A stretch of DNA of 64,000 bases, taken from the NCBI GenBank assembly GCA_016219425.1, contig JACRNB010000008.1, positions 39,248 to 103,247 on the forward strand, in the 5' to 3' direction. The notes under the pieces are model-generated. The model saw only the letters and a program-made list of their open reading frames with translations. It was not told where the DNA came from and made no database searches. Position 1 is the stretch's first letter. Each line of letters starts with the position of its first letter. Of this stretch, positions 26,512 to 36,396 are shown one piece after another. The stretch is from Betaproteobacteria bacterium. Lineage in GTDB: Bacteria; Pseudomonadota; Gammaproteobacteria; Burkholderiales; Thiobacillaceae. A program made the position numbers and the translations under genes.

Positions 26512-29500
26512 ATGGACAATCCAACGCGCGCCGCCCCCCCTGAACCCATGATCCTAGGAACCCCTCTCCACGAAGCCCTCGCCCCTGCCCGCAGCGCGGT
26601 GGTGGAGGCCTGCGCCGGCAGCGGCAAGACCTGGCTGCTGGTGTCGCGCATGATCCGGCTGCTGCTGGCGGGGGCGGAGCCTTCGCAGTTGCTCGCCATC
26701 ACCTTCACGCGCAAGGCGGCGGGGGAGATGCGGGCGCGGCTGGATGCCTGGCTCACCGATCTGGCCTGCCTGCCCGACGCCGACGCGCTCGAATTCCTGA
26801 CCCAGCGCGGCCTGACCGGGGTCGAGGCGCAAGCCGCGCTGCCGCGCGCGCGCGGGCTGCTGGAGCAGGTGCTGAACGCGCGTCCCGGCCCGCTCATCAC
26901 CACCTTTCACGGCTGGTTTTTCCACTTGCTGTCCCACGCCCCGCTGGCCCTGCGCCGTGCGGAAGAAGTGGTGGAACACCCGGCCCTGATGCAGCAAGAG
27001 GCGTGGTCCGACTTCATGCGCCAACTCGGGCGCGAGCGCGGCAACGCAGCCGAAAGCGCCTTCGCCCAACTGGCGGCGGAAATGCCCCTCGCCACCCTGC
27101 GCGACCTGCTCGATACCCTGCTGGAACGGCGCGCGGAATGGGCGGCGTATGCAGAAAACAGCGAGGATGCGCTGGAGCAGGCCTGCGACGCGCTGGCGAC
27201 CCGGCTGGGCGTCACACCCGAGGAAACGCCCGCCGCAGACCTGCTGGCCGATCCGGCGTTCCGCGACGCGCTGGATGAATACCGGGCGCTGCTCACACGG
27301 GAAGCAACCGGCCTGAAGACCGAGGCCAAGCGCCTGAATTCGCTGGAATCGTTCCTCGCCGCCGCAACGCCCGCATCCGCGCTGGAAGGGCTGCAATCCT
27401 GCCTGCTGACGACAGACGGCCACCCGCGCACGCTGAAGCTGACCGGAACCATGCAGGGCCGCCTGCCCAACGGCGAGGCGGAACGCTATCTCGAACTCCA
27501 CTACGCCCTGGCCGAGCGCGTACAGCGCACCCTCCACCATCTCGCCGAACAGCGCGCCCTGCGCCTCAACCGTCTGGGCCTCACCTGCGGCCTCGCCTGG
27601 CTGGACGCCTACGCCGCGCAGAAAGAGGCGCAGGGCGTACTGGACTTCACCGACGCCGAAGTGGAAACCGCGCGCCTGCTCACTCAGGAAGGCGCGGCGG
27701 AGGCGGTGCTGATGAAGCTGGACGCGCGCTGGAAACACCTGCTGCTGGACGAATTTCAAGACGCCAACCCGATGCAGTGGCGCATCCTGCGCGCCTGGCT
27801 GGACGCCTACGGCGCCGACGCCGAGCGCCCCACGGTGTTCCTGGTAGGCGACCCCAAGCAATCCATCTACCGCTTCCGCCGCGCCGAACCGCGCCTGTTC
27901 ACCGCCGCCGCGCACTGGCTGGAACAACGTTTCGACGCACAGCACTTTCCCCAGAACGAAACGCGCCGTTGCGCCCCGCGCGTGGTCGCCTGGGTCAACG
28001 CCGTCTTCGCCGGGCGTGACGACTACCCCGGCTTCGCCCCCCATGACGCGCACCAGACCGCGCTACCCGGCTGGTGCGAGATCCAATCCGTTGCAGCCGC
28101 TGAGGGGGTGCAGACCGAGCCCATCACCTTCCGCCGCCCGCTGGAACAGGCCGCGCCCAACCCGCCGCACAAACGCGCAGAAGAGGCCGCCTGGGTGGCC
28201 CAGCGCATCGGCGAGATCGTCGGCAGCCTGGAGATCCAAACCACCCCGCCGCGCCCCGCGCGCTATGGCGACCTCCTCGTGCTCTACACCAAGCGCGCCG
28301 ACCTGGAGGTGTTCGAGCAGGCGTTCAAACAGGCCGGCATCCCCTTCCGCACCAACCGCCGCGGCGCGCTGCTCGACACCCTGGAGGCGCGCGACCTCAC
28401 CGCCCTGCTCACCAGCCTCGCCCCCCCGCACGACGACCTGCCCCTGGCCCACGCCCTGCGCTCGCCGGTGTTCGGATTCAGCAATGCGGATTTGCAGACG
28501 CTGGCCGGCAGCACAAGCGCCTTCCCCCTTTGGGAAAGGGGGGAAAACCGTTGGGTCCACGCAGACGCCTCCACGAGCGCCTTCCCCCTTTTCCAAAGGG
28601 GGAGTGAGGGGGATTTGGCGACGGCGGCTCAGGCCAACGCCCCAGAAATCCCCCCTGCCCCCCTTTGGGAAAGGGGGGAAAACCGTTGGGTCCGCGCAGA
28701 CACCTCCACGCGCGCCTTCCCCCTTTCCCAAAGGGGGAGAGAGGGGGATTTAGCGACGGCGGCTCAGGCCAATGCCCCAGAAATCCCCCCTGCCCCCCTT
28801 TGGGAAAGGGGGGAAAACCGTTGGGTTTGCGCAGACGTCTCCACGAGCGCCTTCCCCCTTTCCCAAAGGGGGAGTGAGGGGGATTTGGCGACGGCGGCTC
28901 AGGCCAATGCCCCAGAAATCACCCCTGCCCCCCTTTTGCAAAGGGGGGAACCGCCTGCCTGGCGCGCGCGTCTCGCCGCCTGGGCCGCCCGGCCTGACGC
29001 CCCGGCGCATGTGGTGCGCGCCGCGCGGCTGCTGGCGGGCTGGCGCGATCTGGCCGGGCGCATCCCGGTGCATGACCTGCTCGACCGCATCTATCACGAG
29101 GGCGAGGTCATGGAGCGCTACGCCGCCGCATTGCCGCCTGCCCTGGCCGACGCCGCGCTCGCCAACCTGGAAGAACTCCCCGGCCTCGCCCTCAAGCTCT
29201 CCGGCGGGCGCTACCCCAGCCTGCCGCGCTTTCTCGACGAAGTGCGCCGCCTGCGCGACCAGGCCGCCGGCGAAGGTCCGGACGAACCGCCGCCCGCCCA
29301 GGCCGACGCCGTGCGCATGCTCACCATCCACGGCGCGAAAGGGCTGGAAGCGCCGGTGGTGTTCCTGATCAAGGCCGACGCCGCCGAGGGCAAGCCGGAC
29401 CACACCGGCGTCCTGATCGACTGGCCGCCCGAGGCCGACCGTCCGCAGCACTACTCGCTCCACGGCGCGGCGGAATGGCGCGGGCCGGGGCGCGACGACC

Positions 29501-30234
29501 TGTTCGCGGCGGAACAGGGGCAGGCCGAACGCGAGCGCCTCAACCTGCTCTACGTCGCCATGACGCGCGCGCGGCAGGCGCTGTTCGTCACCGGCGTGGC
29601 GGGTGAAGGCAAGCGCGCGGAGGCCTCCTGGCTGACGCTATTGAGCACGGCAAAGGCGCGCGCGGAGATGGAAGGATTGCCGGAGATGGCGTGGCGACCG
29701 CAGGGCGCCTTGCCGACGCCGCCCTCTTCCCAGCCCTCCCCCGCCGAGGGAGGACGCGAACCCATCGGCTCCCGCCGCCCGTCCGAGACCTGGCAGGACA
29801 CCCCCCAGAGCGCCCACGGCACGCTGCTCCACGCCTGGCTGGAGCGCGCCACCGAGGGCTGGAGCGAGGCCGACCTGCGCGCCCGCCTGACCACGGACGA
29901 GACGGTGATCGCCCAAGCCCGCACCGTGCTCGCCACCCCCGAACTCGCCCCCGCCTTCGACCCGGCGCGGCATGTCCGCGCCCGCAACGAGCTGGAATGC
30001 CTGGATGCGCAAGGCCGCCTGCTGCGCATGGACCGCGTGGTGGAATTCAGCGATGAGATCTGGGTGCTGGACTACAAATCCGGCGGTCTGGACGAACCCG
30101 ACCTCACCCGCCGCGCCGCACCCTATCTGGAACAGATGGCCGCCTATCGCGCAGCCCTCGCCCCCCTCTACGCCCCCAAGCCAGTGCGCTGCGCGCTGGC
30201 GTTCGCAGACGGCCAACTGTGTTGGACAAACTAG
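26512..30234 (+). CDS. UvrD/AddA-type ATP-dependent helicase with C-terminal PD-(D/E)XK nuclease domain (1240 aa), carrying an in-frame REP tandem array
   Basis: Walker A AGSGKTWLLV. LLLDEFQDANP (motif II). FLVGDPKQSIYRFR. TIHGAKGLEAPVVFL. YVAMTRAR. Nuclease motif MDRVVEFSDEIWVLDYKSG. Confidence 0.85.
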   Translation: MDNPTRAAPPEPMILGTPLHEALAPARSAVVEACAGSGKTWLLVSRMIRLLLAGAEPSQLLAITFTRKAAGEMRARLDAWLTDLACLPDADALEFLTQRGLTGVEAQAALPRARGLLEQVLNARPGPLITTFHGWFFHLLSHAPLALRRAEEVVEHPALMQQEAWSDFMRQLGRERGNAAESAFAQLAAEMPLATLRDLLDTLLERRAEWAAYAENSEDALEQACDALATRLGVTPEETPAADLLADPAFRDALDEYRALLTREATGLKTEAKRLNSLESFLAAATPASALEGLQSCLLTTDGHPRTLKLTGTMQGRLPNGEAERYLELHYALAERVQRTLHHLAEQRALRLNRLGLTCGLAWLDAYAAQKEAQGVLDFTDAEVETARLLTQEGAAEAVLMKLDARWKHLLLDEFQDANPMQWRILRAWLDAYGADAERPTVFLVGDPKQSIYRFRRAEPRLFTAAAHWLEQRFDAQHFPQNETRRCAPRVVAWVNAVFAGRDDYPGFAPHDAHQTALPGWCEIQSVAAAEGVQTEPITFRRPLEQAAPNPPHKRAEEAAWVAQRIGEIVGSLEIQTTPPRPARYGDLLVLYTKRADLEVFEQAFKQAGIPFRTNRRGALLDTLEARDLTALLTSLAPPHDDLPLAHALRSPVFGFSNADLQTLAGSTSAFPLWERGENRWVHADASTSAFPLFQRGSEGDLATAAQANAPEIPPAPLWERGENRWVRADTSTRAFPLSQRGREGDLATAAQANAPEIPPAPLWERGENRWVCADVSTSAFPLSQRGSEGDLATAAQANAPEITPAPLLQRGEPPAWRARLAAWAARPDAPAHVVRAARLLAGWRDLAGRIPVHDLLDRIYHEGEVMERYAAALPPALADAALANLEELPGLALKLSGGRYPSLPRFLDEVRRLRDQAAGEGPDEPPPAQADAVRMLTIHGAKGLEAPVVFLIKADAAEGKPDHTGVLIDWPPEADRPQHYSLHGAAEWRGPGRDDLFAAEQGQAERERLNLLYVAMTRARQALFVTGVAGEGKRAEASWLTLLSTAKARAEMEGLPEMAWRPQGALPTPPSSQPSPAEGGREPIGSRRPSETWQDTPQSAHGTLLHAWLERATEGWSEADLRARLTTDETVIAQARTVLATPELAPAFDPARHVRARNELECLDAQGRLLRMDRVVEFSDEIWVLDYKSGGLDEPDLTRRAAPYLEQMAAYRAALAPLYAPKPVRCALAFADGQLCWTN
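28517..28950. repeat. Tandem array (~3.2 copies) of the 135-bp family A REP-like unit, in frame within the helicase-nuclease ORF
   Basis: Equivalent unit positions at 28581, 28716 and 28851 give a period of 135 bp (45 codons). Each unit holds two CCCCCTTT-N3-AAAGGGGG hairpins. Confidence 0.9.
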
Positions 30235-30236
30235 AA

Positions 30237-30346
30237 CCCTCCCCCACTGGGGGAGGGCAGGGCGAGGGAACGGCGCCCGACTTGCCGTTTACGCATCTTC
30301 CACCGTTGCTCCCTCACCCCCCGCCCTCCTCCGGTGGGGGAGGGGG
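30237..30346. repeat. REP-like inverted repeat, family F
   Basis: ccctcccccactgggggagggcagggcgaggga ... tccctcaccccccgccctcctccggtgggggaggggg. Confidence 0.75.
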
Positions 30347-30401
30347 CTAAAGGCGGCGGCCCGCATAGAATCCACGCACCTCAACACCCAACTCACCCGC
30401 C

Positions 30402-31631
30402 ATGCCCGTCAACCTGCCCCCCCCCGACCCCGCCTCCCTCCTGCCGGTCCCCGGCGTCGAACTCGGCATCGCCTGCGCCGGCATCAAGAAGCCGGGACGC
30501 AAGGACGTGCTGGTGATGACCCTCGCCCCGGATTCCGAAGTGGTGGGCGTGTTCACCCAGAACCGCTTCTGCGCCGCGCCGGTCACCGTATGCAAGGAGC
30601 ACCTGCATAACGAACCGGGCATCCGCGCCCTGGTCGTGAACACCGGCAACGCCAACGCCGGCACCGGCGAGGATGGCCTGCGCCGGGCGCGCGAGACCTG
30701 CGCGGCTGTGGCGGAGAACCTCAACATCAAGCCCGAACAGGTGCTGCCCTTCTCCACCGGCGTGATCCTGGAACCCCTGCCCCACGACAAGATCATCGCC
30801 GCCCTGCCCGCCGCCCTGGGGGATCTGAAGCCGGCCAACTGGGCCGACGCCGCCCAGGCCATCATGACCACCGACATCGTGGCCAAGGCCGCCAGCCGCA
30901 AGGTGGCCCTGGACGGCGTGGACTTCGTGGTCACCGGCATCGCCAAGGGCTCCGGCATGATCCACCCCAACATGGCCACCATGCTCTCCTTCCTCGCCAC
31001 CGACGCCCCGGTGTCGTGCGAGGCGCTGGAGGCCATGCTGCGCCATGCCGTGAACCGCTCATTCAACTGCATCACCGTGGATGGCGACACCTCCACCAAC
31101 GACTCCTGCATCCTCATCGCCACGGGTTCCACGCCTGCGCCGGTCATCATGGACGACGGCGACCGCCGCTTCGCCTCCCTGCAAGCCGCCATCACCGAGG
31201 TCATGATCCAGCTCGCCCAAGCCATCGTGCGCGACGGCGAAGGCGCCACCAAGTTCATGGAAGTGCGGGTGGAAGGCGGCAAGGACGAGGCGGAATGCAA
31301 ACAGGTGGCCTACACCATCGCCCGTTCGCCCCTGGTGAAGACCGCGTTCTTCGCCTCCGACCCCAACCTGGGCCGCATCCTGGCGGCCATCGGCTATGCC
31401 GGCATCGCGGATCTGGACGTGGACCGCCTCCGCCTCTGGCTGGGCAACGTGCTGGTGGCGGAAAACGGCGGACGCGCGCCCTCCTACCAGGAAGCCGAAG
31501 GCGCCCGTGTGATGGCGGCGCCGGAGATCGCCGTGCGCGTGGACCTGGCGCGCGGCAACGCCGTCGCCACCGTATGGACCTGCGACTTCTCCTACGACTA
31601 CGTCAAGATCAACGCGGAGTACCGCACCTGA
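30402..31631 (+). CDS. argJ: Bifunctional glutamate N-acetyltransferase / amino-acid acetyltransferase
   Basis: GIKK.GRKD.., NTGNANA, the self-cleavage region ATMLSF, and the C-terminal ..[15 protein letters not shown]. Confidence 0.95.
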   Translation: MPVNLPPPDPASLLPVPGVELGIACAGIKKPGRKDVLVMTLAPDSEVVGVFTQNRFCAAPVTVCKEHLHNEPGIRALVVNTGNANAGTGEDGLRRARETCAAVAENLNIKPEQVLPFSTGVILEPLPHDKIIAALPAALGDLKPANWADAAQAIMTTDIVAKAASRKVALDGVDFVVTGIAKGSGMIHPNMATMLSFLATDAPVSCEALEAMLRHAVNRSFNCITVDGDTSTNDSCILIATGSTPAPVIMDDGDRRFASLQAAITEVMIQLAQAIVRDGEGATKFMEVRVEGGKDEAECKQVAYTIARSPLVKTAFFASDPNLGRILAAIGYAGIADLDVDRLRLWLGNVLVAENGGRAPSYQEAEGARVMAAPEIAVRVDLARGNAVATVWTCDFSYDYVKINAEYRT

Positions 31632-31647
31632 ACACACCGCCGAACCT

Positions 31648-31724
31648 GTAGGAGCCCGGCTGTGCCGGGCGATGCGCGGGTGAAGGAAGCGGTGCGGGAT
31701 CGCCCGGCGCAGCCGGGCTCCTAC
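31648..31724. repeat. REP-like inverted repeat, family D
   Basis: gtaggagcccggctgtgccgggcgat...atcgcccggcgcagccgggctcctac. Confidence 0.8.
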
Positions 31725-31926
31725 AAGGCGACGTTCCAGTTTTCCCAGCGCATCCAGACCAATAACGCACCAACACCAACAACCGGAGACCGGTGATGGA
31801 TCGCTACCACCTGCGTGCAGAACGGCGTTTCGCCCCCTTTTTCCTCACCTGGTTCCTGGGCACAGGCAAGGTGGATTTCGTCGCGTTGAAGAAACGGGCC
31901 GAAGCCCCGGCCTGGACCTGAAGGAA

Positions 31927-33138
31927 ATGCCCATGAACCGCCGCCTGTTTCTCGCCGCTCTCACTGCCTTCGCCGCCCCAGCCATGGCGGGCTGGGTGCG
32001 CAAGAGCCCGCTGGGCAACCCCTGCAAACCCGGGCTGCCGGACGATGACGAGGTGCGCGCCCTGCTCGCGCGCACTTGGGAGGGGCTGGACCCGACCCGC
32101 GTCTGGGACGTCCACGCCCACCTCACCGGCGTGGGCGACGGCGGCAAGGGGGTCTGGATCTCGCCGGAGATGGAAACCTGGCGTCACCCCACGATGCGCG
32201 CGCGGCGCGACTTTCTGCTCAACGCCTCCTGCGCCGACGCCGCCCCCGGCGCAGTGGATGCGGCCTATGTGGCGCACCTGGCGCGCCTGATGGGCGACCA
32301 TCCGGCGGGGGCGAAGATCCTGCTGTTCGCCTTTGACCACTACCACGGCGACGACAAACTGCCGCAGCCCCGGAACTCCACCTTTTTCATCCACAACGAC
32401 TACGCGCGGGACGTGGCGCGCGCGCACCCGGACCGCTTCGAGTGGGCGGCCTCGATCCACCCCTACCGGGACGACTGCGTGCCCGCCCTGGAGACCGCCG
32501 CCGCCGCGGGTGCGCGGGCGGTGAAATGGCTGCCCACGGGACAGAACATCGACCCCGCCTCGCCCCGTTGCGACAACTTCTACGCCGCCCTGGCGCGCCT
32601 CGACCTGCCGCTCATCGTCCATGTCGGCGCGGAGGCCACGGTGAAGGCGCGGCATGAGGAATTCGGCAACCCCCTGCGCCTGCGCCGCGCCCTGGACGCC
32701 AGGGTGCGCGTGGTGGCGGCGCATTGCGCCTCGCACGGCCAGGACCGCGACGAGCGCGGACGCAAGGTTCCCAGCTTCGATCTGTTCACTCGCCTGATGT
32801 GCATGCCGGAGTACGCCGGACGCCTGTTCGGGGACATCTCGGCCATGACCCAGAACAACCGCTCGGCGCAGATGCAGACGGTGCTCGCGCGCAACGAGTG
32901 GCATGGCCGTCTGCTCAACGGCAGCGATTACCCCCTGCCGGGGGCGCGCCCGCTCATCTCGCTGCGCAAGCTGGCGCATGACGACCTGCTCGATCCGGCC
33001 CTCATCGCCCCGCTCGACCGCCTGCGCAACCACAACGCGCTGCTCTTCGATCTGGCGCTGAAGCGACATCTGGCCTGGGAGGGCAAACGCCTGCCCGCAA
33101 GCGTGTTCCAGACGCGGGACTTCTTCCGCATCGCCTGA
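31927..33138 (+). CDS. Amidohydrolase-family (TIM-barrel metal-dependent hydrolase) protein with Tat-like signal
   Basis: NRRLFLAALTAFAAPAMA signal. DVHAHL, VHVGAE and NGSDYP blocks. Confidence 0.65.
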   Translation: MPMNRRLFLAALTAFAAPAMAGWVRKSPLGNPCKPGLPDDDEVRALLARTWEGLDPTRVWDVHAHLTGVGDGGKGVWISPEMETWRHPTMRARRDFLLNASCADAAPGAVDAAYVAHLARLMGDHPAGAKILLFAFDHYHGDDKLPQPRNSTFFIHNDYARDVARAHPDRFEWAASIHPYRDDCVPALETAAAAGARAVKWLPTGQNIDPASPRCDNFYAALARLDLPLIVHVGAEATVKARHEEFGNPLRLRRALDARVRVVAAHCASHGQDRDERGRKVPSFDLFTRLMCMPEYAGRLFGDISAMTQNNRSAQMQTVLARNEWHGRLLNGSDYPLPGARPLISLRKLAHDDLLDPALIAPLDRLRNHNALLFDLALKRHLAWEGKRLPASVFQTRDFFRIA

Positions 33139-33153
33139 GTTACCCTCGCCGCC

Positions 33154-34047
33154 ATGGATGACGACGCCTACTCCCTCTCGCCCGAACTCGCCCTGCTGAT
33201 CGCGCGCGGCAATGACCTGCTGGCGCGGCTGGACGCCTGGCTGCCCCCGCCGCCGCCGGTGATCGACTGGCGCACCACCCTGGCCTGCCGCTGGCGCGTC
33301 CATAACGGACGCGGCTGGCTGGCACCGATCCGCACCCTGAACTGCCCGGCCTGGGCCGCCCTCACCTGCATCGACGAACAGAAGGCGGCCCTGGAACGCA
33401 ACACGCGCCAGTTTCTCCAGGGCCTGCCCGCCAACAACGCGCTCCTGGCCGGCAGCCGGGGCTGCGGCAAATCCTCCCTGGTGAAGGCCTTGCTGCCGCG
33501 CTTCGCCAAACAGAAGCTGCGCCTGATCGAGGTGGATCGCGACGATCTCACCCACCTGCCGGAGATCACCGACCGTCTGGCGGGCCAGCCCTGGCGCTTT
33601 CTGCTGTTCACCGACGACCTCTCGTTCGAACCCGGCGAGGCTGCCTACAAGCCCCTCAAGGCCGCGCTCGACGGCTCCATCGCCGGGCTGCCGGAGAACG
33701 TGCTGCTGGCCGCCACCTCCAATCGCCGCCACCTGATGCCCGAATTCATGCGCGAGAACACGGCGGCGGGGCATGACGAGAACGGCGAGGTGCGCCCGGC
33801 GGAGAGCACGGAAGAGAAGATCAGCCTGTCCGACCGCTTCGGCCTCACCCTCACCTTCTGGCCCTTCAGCCAGGACGACTACCTGGCGATCTGCGCCGGC
33901 TGGGTGGCGGCGCTGGGCGGCGTGGCCACCGACGCGATGCGCCAGGAGGCGCTGCAATGGGCGATCCAGCGCGGCGGGCGGTCAGGGCGGGTGGCGCAGC
34001 AGTTTGCAAGGGATTGGGTGGGGCGGCAGGGTATGCGGAGGAGATAG
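33154..34047 (+). CDS. DUF815-type AAA ATPase
   Basis: Walker A GSRGCGKSSLVKAL and Walker B FLLFTDDLSFE. Size and architecture are typical of this family. Confidence 0.7.
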   Translation: MDDDAYSLSPELALLIARGNDLLARLDAWLPPPPPVIDWRTTLACRWRVHNGRGWLAPIRTLNCPAWAALTCIDEQKAALERNTRQFLQGLPANNALLAGSRGCGKSSLVKALLPRFAKQKLRLIEVDRDDLTHLPEITDRLAGQPWRFLLFTDDLSFEPGEAAYKPLKAALDGSIAGLPENVLLAATSNRRHLMPEFMRENTAAGHDENGEVRPAESTEEKISLSDRFGLTLTFWPFSQDDYLAICAGWVAALGGVATDAMRQEALQWAIQRGGRSGRVAQQFARDWVGRQGMRRR

Positions 34048-34049
34048 TG

Positions 34050-34541
34050 ATGACAGCAGTTCAGTGCATACCCCCTACAGAACGTGTGCCAGCACTGATC
34101 CGGAGTTTGTATGCCCTTGTAGCCGAATTTGAGAAGTTATTTCCGGGCCGGCCTTTTACGCCGGACGGCCATCTCGTAGGCAGCATAGGCGAAGTCATTG
34201 CCGCTCACCGATATGGCCTGATGTTGCACAACGCATCGGCCGAAACCCACGACGCAATGGCCCCAAATGGCCGCCAAGTACAAGTCAAGGCTACTCAAGG
34301 AAAATCCGTCGCACTTCGTTCTAGTCCGGAGCAGTTGGTGGTTCTCTTGTTGAACCGGCAAGGCGAAGCAGAGGAGGTCTACAACGGCCCTGGCGATCTC
34401 GTATGGGCGCAGTGCGGCGCTATGCAAAAAAATGGACAGCGTCCAATTTCGCTAACCAAGCTTCGGACGTTAATGTTGTCCGTACCGCTCTCGGCGCGCC
34501 TGGATGACCGTCGTAAGCAGGTTTCGTGCAATGAGTCATAG
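34050..34541 (+). CDS. Small PD-(D/E)XK-like protein (resembles DUF6998), first gene of lower-GC islet
   Basis: PDGHLVGSIGEVIAAHRYGL..THDA..GRQVQVKATQG is a D...(Q/E)xK-like arrangement. Start is ATG at 34050 or GTG at 34047, directly after the upstream stop. Confidence 0.45.
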   Translation: MTAVQCIPPTERVPALIRSLYALVAEFEKLFPGRPFTPDGHLVGSIGEVIAAHRYGLMLHNASAETHDAMAPNGRQVQVKATQGKSVALRSSPEQLVVLLLNRQGEAEEVYNGPGDLVWAQCGAMQKNGQRPISLTKLRTLMLSVPLSARLDDRRKQVSCNES

Positions 34542-34580
34542 TGATTGGACTAGCGATGCTTCGACCTTCAAGGAGACCCC

Positions 34581-34817
34581 ATGAACTGGCGTGAACGTAT
34601 TGCTGTGGACAACGAGGTTCTGGCTGGCAAGCCAGTGGTGTGCGGAACCCGTCTGGCTGTGGAGTTCCTGTTGGGACTTATGGCCCAGGGCTGGAACGAG
34701 CAGCAAATCCTGGAGAACTATCCCCAACTCCGGCGCGAGAACTTACAGGCCGTTTTCGCCTTCAGCGCCGACTGCCTCCACAACGAGCCGTTCTTTGGTC
34801 AAGCCCTGGCGGCATGA
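34581..34817 (+). CDS. DUF433 domain protein (antitoxin-like)
   Basis: IAVDNEVLAGKPVVCGTRLAVEFLLGLMAQGWNEQQILENYPQLRRENLQAV is a canonical DUF433 pattern. Confidence 0.8.
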   Translation: MNWRERIAVDNEVLAGKPVVCGTRLAVEFLLGLMAQGWNEQQILENYPQLRRENLQAVFAFSADCLHNEPFFGQALAA

Positions 34818-35206
34818 AACTCCTGGCCAACGAGAATATCCCCCAGAGCGTGGTACGAGGTCTGCGGGAACGGGGCCATGACGTTGCGGCCATCGTGGAG
34901 CGAACCCCTGGCATGCGCGACAGCGAAGTGCTGACCATGGCCAATGCAGAAGAACGCCCGCTGCTCACCTTTGACCGGGACTACGGCGAGTTGATCTTTG
35001 TCCGCCGCATGCCCTGTCCCGCCGGGCGGTTGTATCTGCGCCTTATTCCCTCATCCCCGCAACAAGTGCTGGAACGGCTGATGTCGCTGCCTGAAGGGAA
35101 AGAGACCGAACTGGCCGGCAAATTCGTAGTGGCGGACGAGGAGGGCGTCCGTCTGCGCCCTCTACCGCGACAAACACCCTCCCCGTCCGGACACGGGTCA
35201 AAGTAA
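34814..35206 (+). CDS. DUF5615 (PIN-like/Mut7-C-like) protein, toxin-like partner of DUF433
   Basis: MKLLANENIP..VVRGLRERGHDV......PGMRDSEVL..A..E.R.LLTFDRDYGEL. ATGA overlap with the DUF433 stop. Confidence 0.8.
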   Translation: MKLLANENIPQSVVRGLRERGHDVAAIVERTPGMRDSEVLTMANAEERPLLTFDRDYGELIFVRRMPCPAGRLYLRLIPSSPQQVLERLMSLPEGKETELAGKFVVADEEGVRLRPLPRQTPSPSGHGSK

Positions 35207-35412
35207 CGCAGATGTGGCGGGGAACGAACCGCATCAACCATGGCAAGCAACGATGATGCGGTTCTACCTGGCTGCGCCTGCTGGCTCAAGGCTGGAGCAA
35301 ACAGCAGATGTTGGAAAAACCACCAACAACGCCAGCAGGAAGACTTGCTGGCCGTGTTTATGTTTAGCGCAGAACCCAGAACGACAATAACGGTGGCCCT
35401 GCCGGGAGCCTG

Positions 35413-36396
35413 TCAATCGTTCAGCACATCGCAAAAATGCCGCATCAACAGGAACAACCACGGTAGCTGACTGGCTTGCAGGCAAAGGACATTGACCACC
35501 CCAGACTCACGAGGCCACGCCGCGATCTGGCCAAGGTCACCGATCGTGTACCGCTGATTTGCAGGATCAGCGCCCTCAGGGGATACGCACGCGCGAATCA
35601 TGGCCACACACACTTCGGTCAGGCAAAGATCAGACCCACCGAGGTACGTCCACCAGTCTTTGCCCACGCGTATCGTCGCTGTAGCAGGGCGAACGCCCAA
35701 GTTAAAGCCGCAGTCCCACCGCTGCCAAGGAAGCTGCGTAACCTGATGTGCAGGAAGTTTCTCTGCGATATTTCGCAGGATGTGCCAATCCTTCTTGTTG
35801 GACTGCGCTCGGGTACCGTAAAGCACCCCATAGGTGAAATCTAGGCTGGTCGCCGCGTTCTCGATCAACCACGTCGGGCCGTACTGGATCACATTGTCCG
35901 CGAAGTTCTCGCTCATCTCGTCGTTCAAGCATCTTGGACCACTTTTGAGCGTGGCTGCACGCAAGGTGGCGCCAACCAGGCATTTGCCGTCGAGCGCCGA
36001 GTTCGCCGAGTGCATTCCACTCGGTACTGCTTGCCACCCGTAGACCGGCAACACTACGTCCTCAACCATCCGGCCAGCAGACGTTTCAATCGAGGAAAAC
36101 AGCTTTGCGGCTGGGATATGCCCTTCGAGTTCGCTCAATTTTGTGAACCGGCGCAAGCTCGAATAAATCAACAGGACAAAGGGGCTAGTACTGAATGATT
36201 CAAACCTTGCATTCGCAATAGGCAAGGATGCGACGTGGGCCGTGACACGCGCCCGAAACCCGTTCTCAAGCGCAAGAATTCGCCTGTTCGCTACAGGGTC
36301 GCGATCTACTGCCACCAAATCGGCGAGTATCTGACGCTTCGTGAATACTGTCGGTGGGACCGACCGCGGGAGATTGGGATTGCGAGAAGCCATCAT
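35413..36396 (-). CDS. Hypothetical protein; candidate type II restriction endonuclease by position
   Basis: 327-aa ORF. Its start overlaps the stop of the upstream C5-MTase by 4 nt. Lower GC. No family motif was recognised. Confidence 0.4.
   Translation of the reverse strand: MMASRNPNLPRSVPPTVFTKRQILADLVAVDRDPVANRRILALENGFRARVTAHVASLPIANARFESFSTSPFVLLIYSSLRRFTKLSELEGHIPAAKLFSSIETSAGRMVEDVVLPVYGWQAVPSGMHSANSALDGKCLVGATLRAATLKSGPRCLNDEMSENFADNVIQYGPTWLIENAATSLDFTYGVLYGTRAQSNKKDWHILRNIAEKLPAHQVTQLPWQRWDCGFNLGVRPATATIRVGKDWWTYLGGSDLCLTEVCVAMIRACVSPEGADPANQRYTIGDLGQIAAWPRESGVVNVLCLQASQLPWLFLLMRHFCDVLND

Noticed and set aside
28517-28950. Possible CRISPR array, given regularly spaced palindromic repeats
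   Set aside because: The period is a contiguous 135-bp unit repeated in full, with no unique spacers between short repeats. The same unit occurs singly in intergenic DNA, and there are no cas genes. It is a tandem REP-like array, not CRISPR.
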